Below, in pieces: positions 63,610 through 64,000 of a DNA stretch of 64,000 nt (within the stretch, counting starts at the first letter, position 1; each line of letters begins with the position of its first letter). Under the pieces are notes generated by a model, which made no database searches, was not told the DNA's origin, and was given only the letters and a program-made list of their open reading frames with translations. The stretch is taken from IMG/VR virus record IMGVR_UViG_3300031133_000402. One strand, given 5' to 3'. A program made the translations under genes and the position numbers. Source of the DNA: an uncultured virus (IMG/VR IMGVR_UViG_3300031133_000402). Its lineage: Duplodnaviria; Heunggongvirae; Uroviricota; Caudoviricetes.

Positions 63610-64000
63610 TCAGCCGAGATCCTTCAGCACGAACGCGAGCTGGTCCTCGTCGCACAGATAGGCCGCGGCGCCCGTCATCAGCTTGGTGCGCAAGGTCTCG
63701 GGCGCGTCCTCGTAGCGCACGCCGTCGTACGCGGCGCCGCTCAGGCCTTCGGTCTTCTTCCATTCCTGGAACAGGCGACGCGCGGTCTCCTCCTGCTTGG
63801 TGACCTTGCGGGCCTCGGGCGTCGGCGCGAGATGCGCGTTGACGCCTTCCTCGGCGGTCAGCGGGAAGCCGATCTCGACCAGCCGCGCGTGCATCGTGGC
63901 GGGATCGTCGAACGGCAGCCGCTCCAGCACGAGCGGCGACGTATCGATCTCGAAGGTCCGGCTGACGATGATCGGACCCCGCTCGCTGTCCAGCCGGTCC
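63610..64000 (-). CDS. hypothetical protein, probably truncated by the window edge
   Basis: Frame appears open to the end of the window. Confidence 0.55.
   Translation of the reverse strand, partial: DRLDSERGPIIVSRTFEIDTSPLVLERLPFDDPATMHARLVEIGFPLTAEEGVNAHLAPTPEARKVTKQEETARRLFQEWKKTEGLSGAAYDGVRYEDAPETLRTKLMTGAAAYLCDEDQLAFVLKDLG

Overview
A high-GC (visually about 65-70%) window with nearly all real genes on the minus strand, tightly packed and often coupled by ATGA/TGATG overlaps. Most genes are small hypotheticals. Recognisable products include a SleB-type cell-wall hydrolase, oligopeptidase A (M3), PTH2 peptidyl-tRNA hydrolase, HD-domain proteins, a NadE-like protein, a YspA/SLOG protein, GatB/YqeY, an orphan HigA, DUF1963/YwqG, an EF-hand protein and a TSP1-repeat secreted protein. 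This fits an accessory region of a very large phage or megaplasmid, probably alphaproteobacterial/sphingomonad (inference; no capsid, terminase or rep gene is in the window). Main observations: (1) A tRNA-like gene (59812-59887, -) has a 9-nt anticodon loop AGU-AAUG-AC. Its U33-following quadruplet AAUG is complementary to CAUU. A 55-nt leader occurs twice (before PTH2 and before an HD gene) in which a 5-codon mini-ORF ends CAU-UGA-C and the gene continues in the +1 frame. Together these are a candidate natural quadruplet-decoding/+1 recoding switch. (2) Two 1632-bp tnpB-only elements have 26-bp terminal inverted repeats, 8-bp target-site duplications and a covarying 3' RNA, i.e. TnpB in a DDE/ISL3-like non-autonomous chassis. 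(3) A 4774-bp lower-GC island splits an HD gene exactly after its HD motif and carries an intact paralogue. (4) About 19 paralogues share a C-terminal 'P-[DE]-T...GR.L.DVV.HP.LD' domain. All calls were made by eye; no database searches were run.
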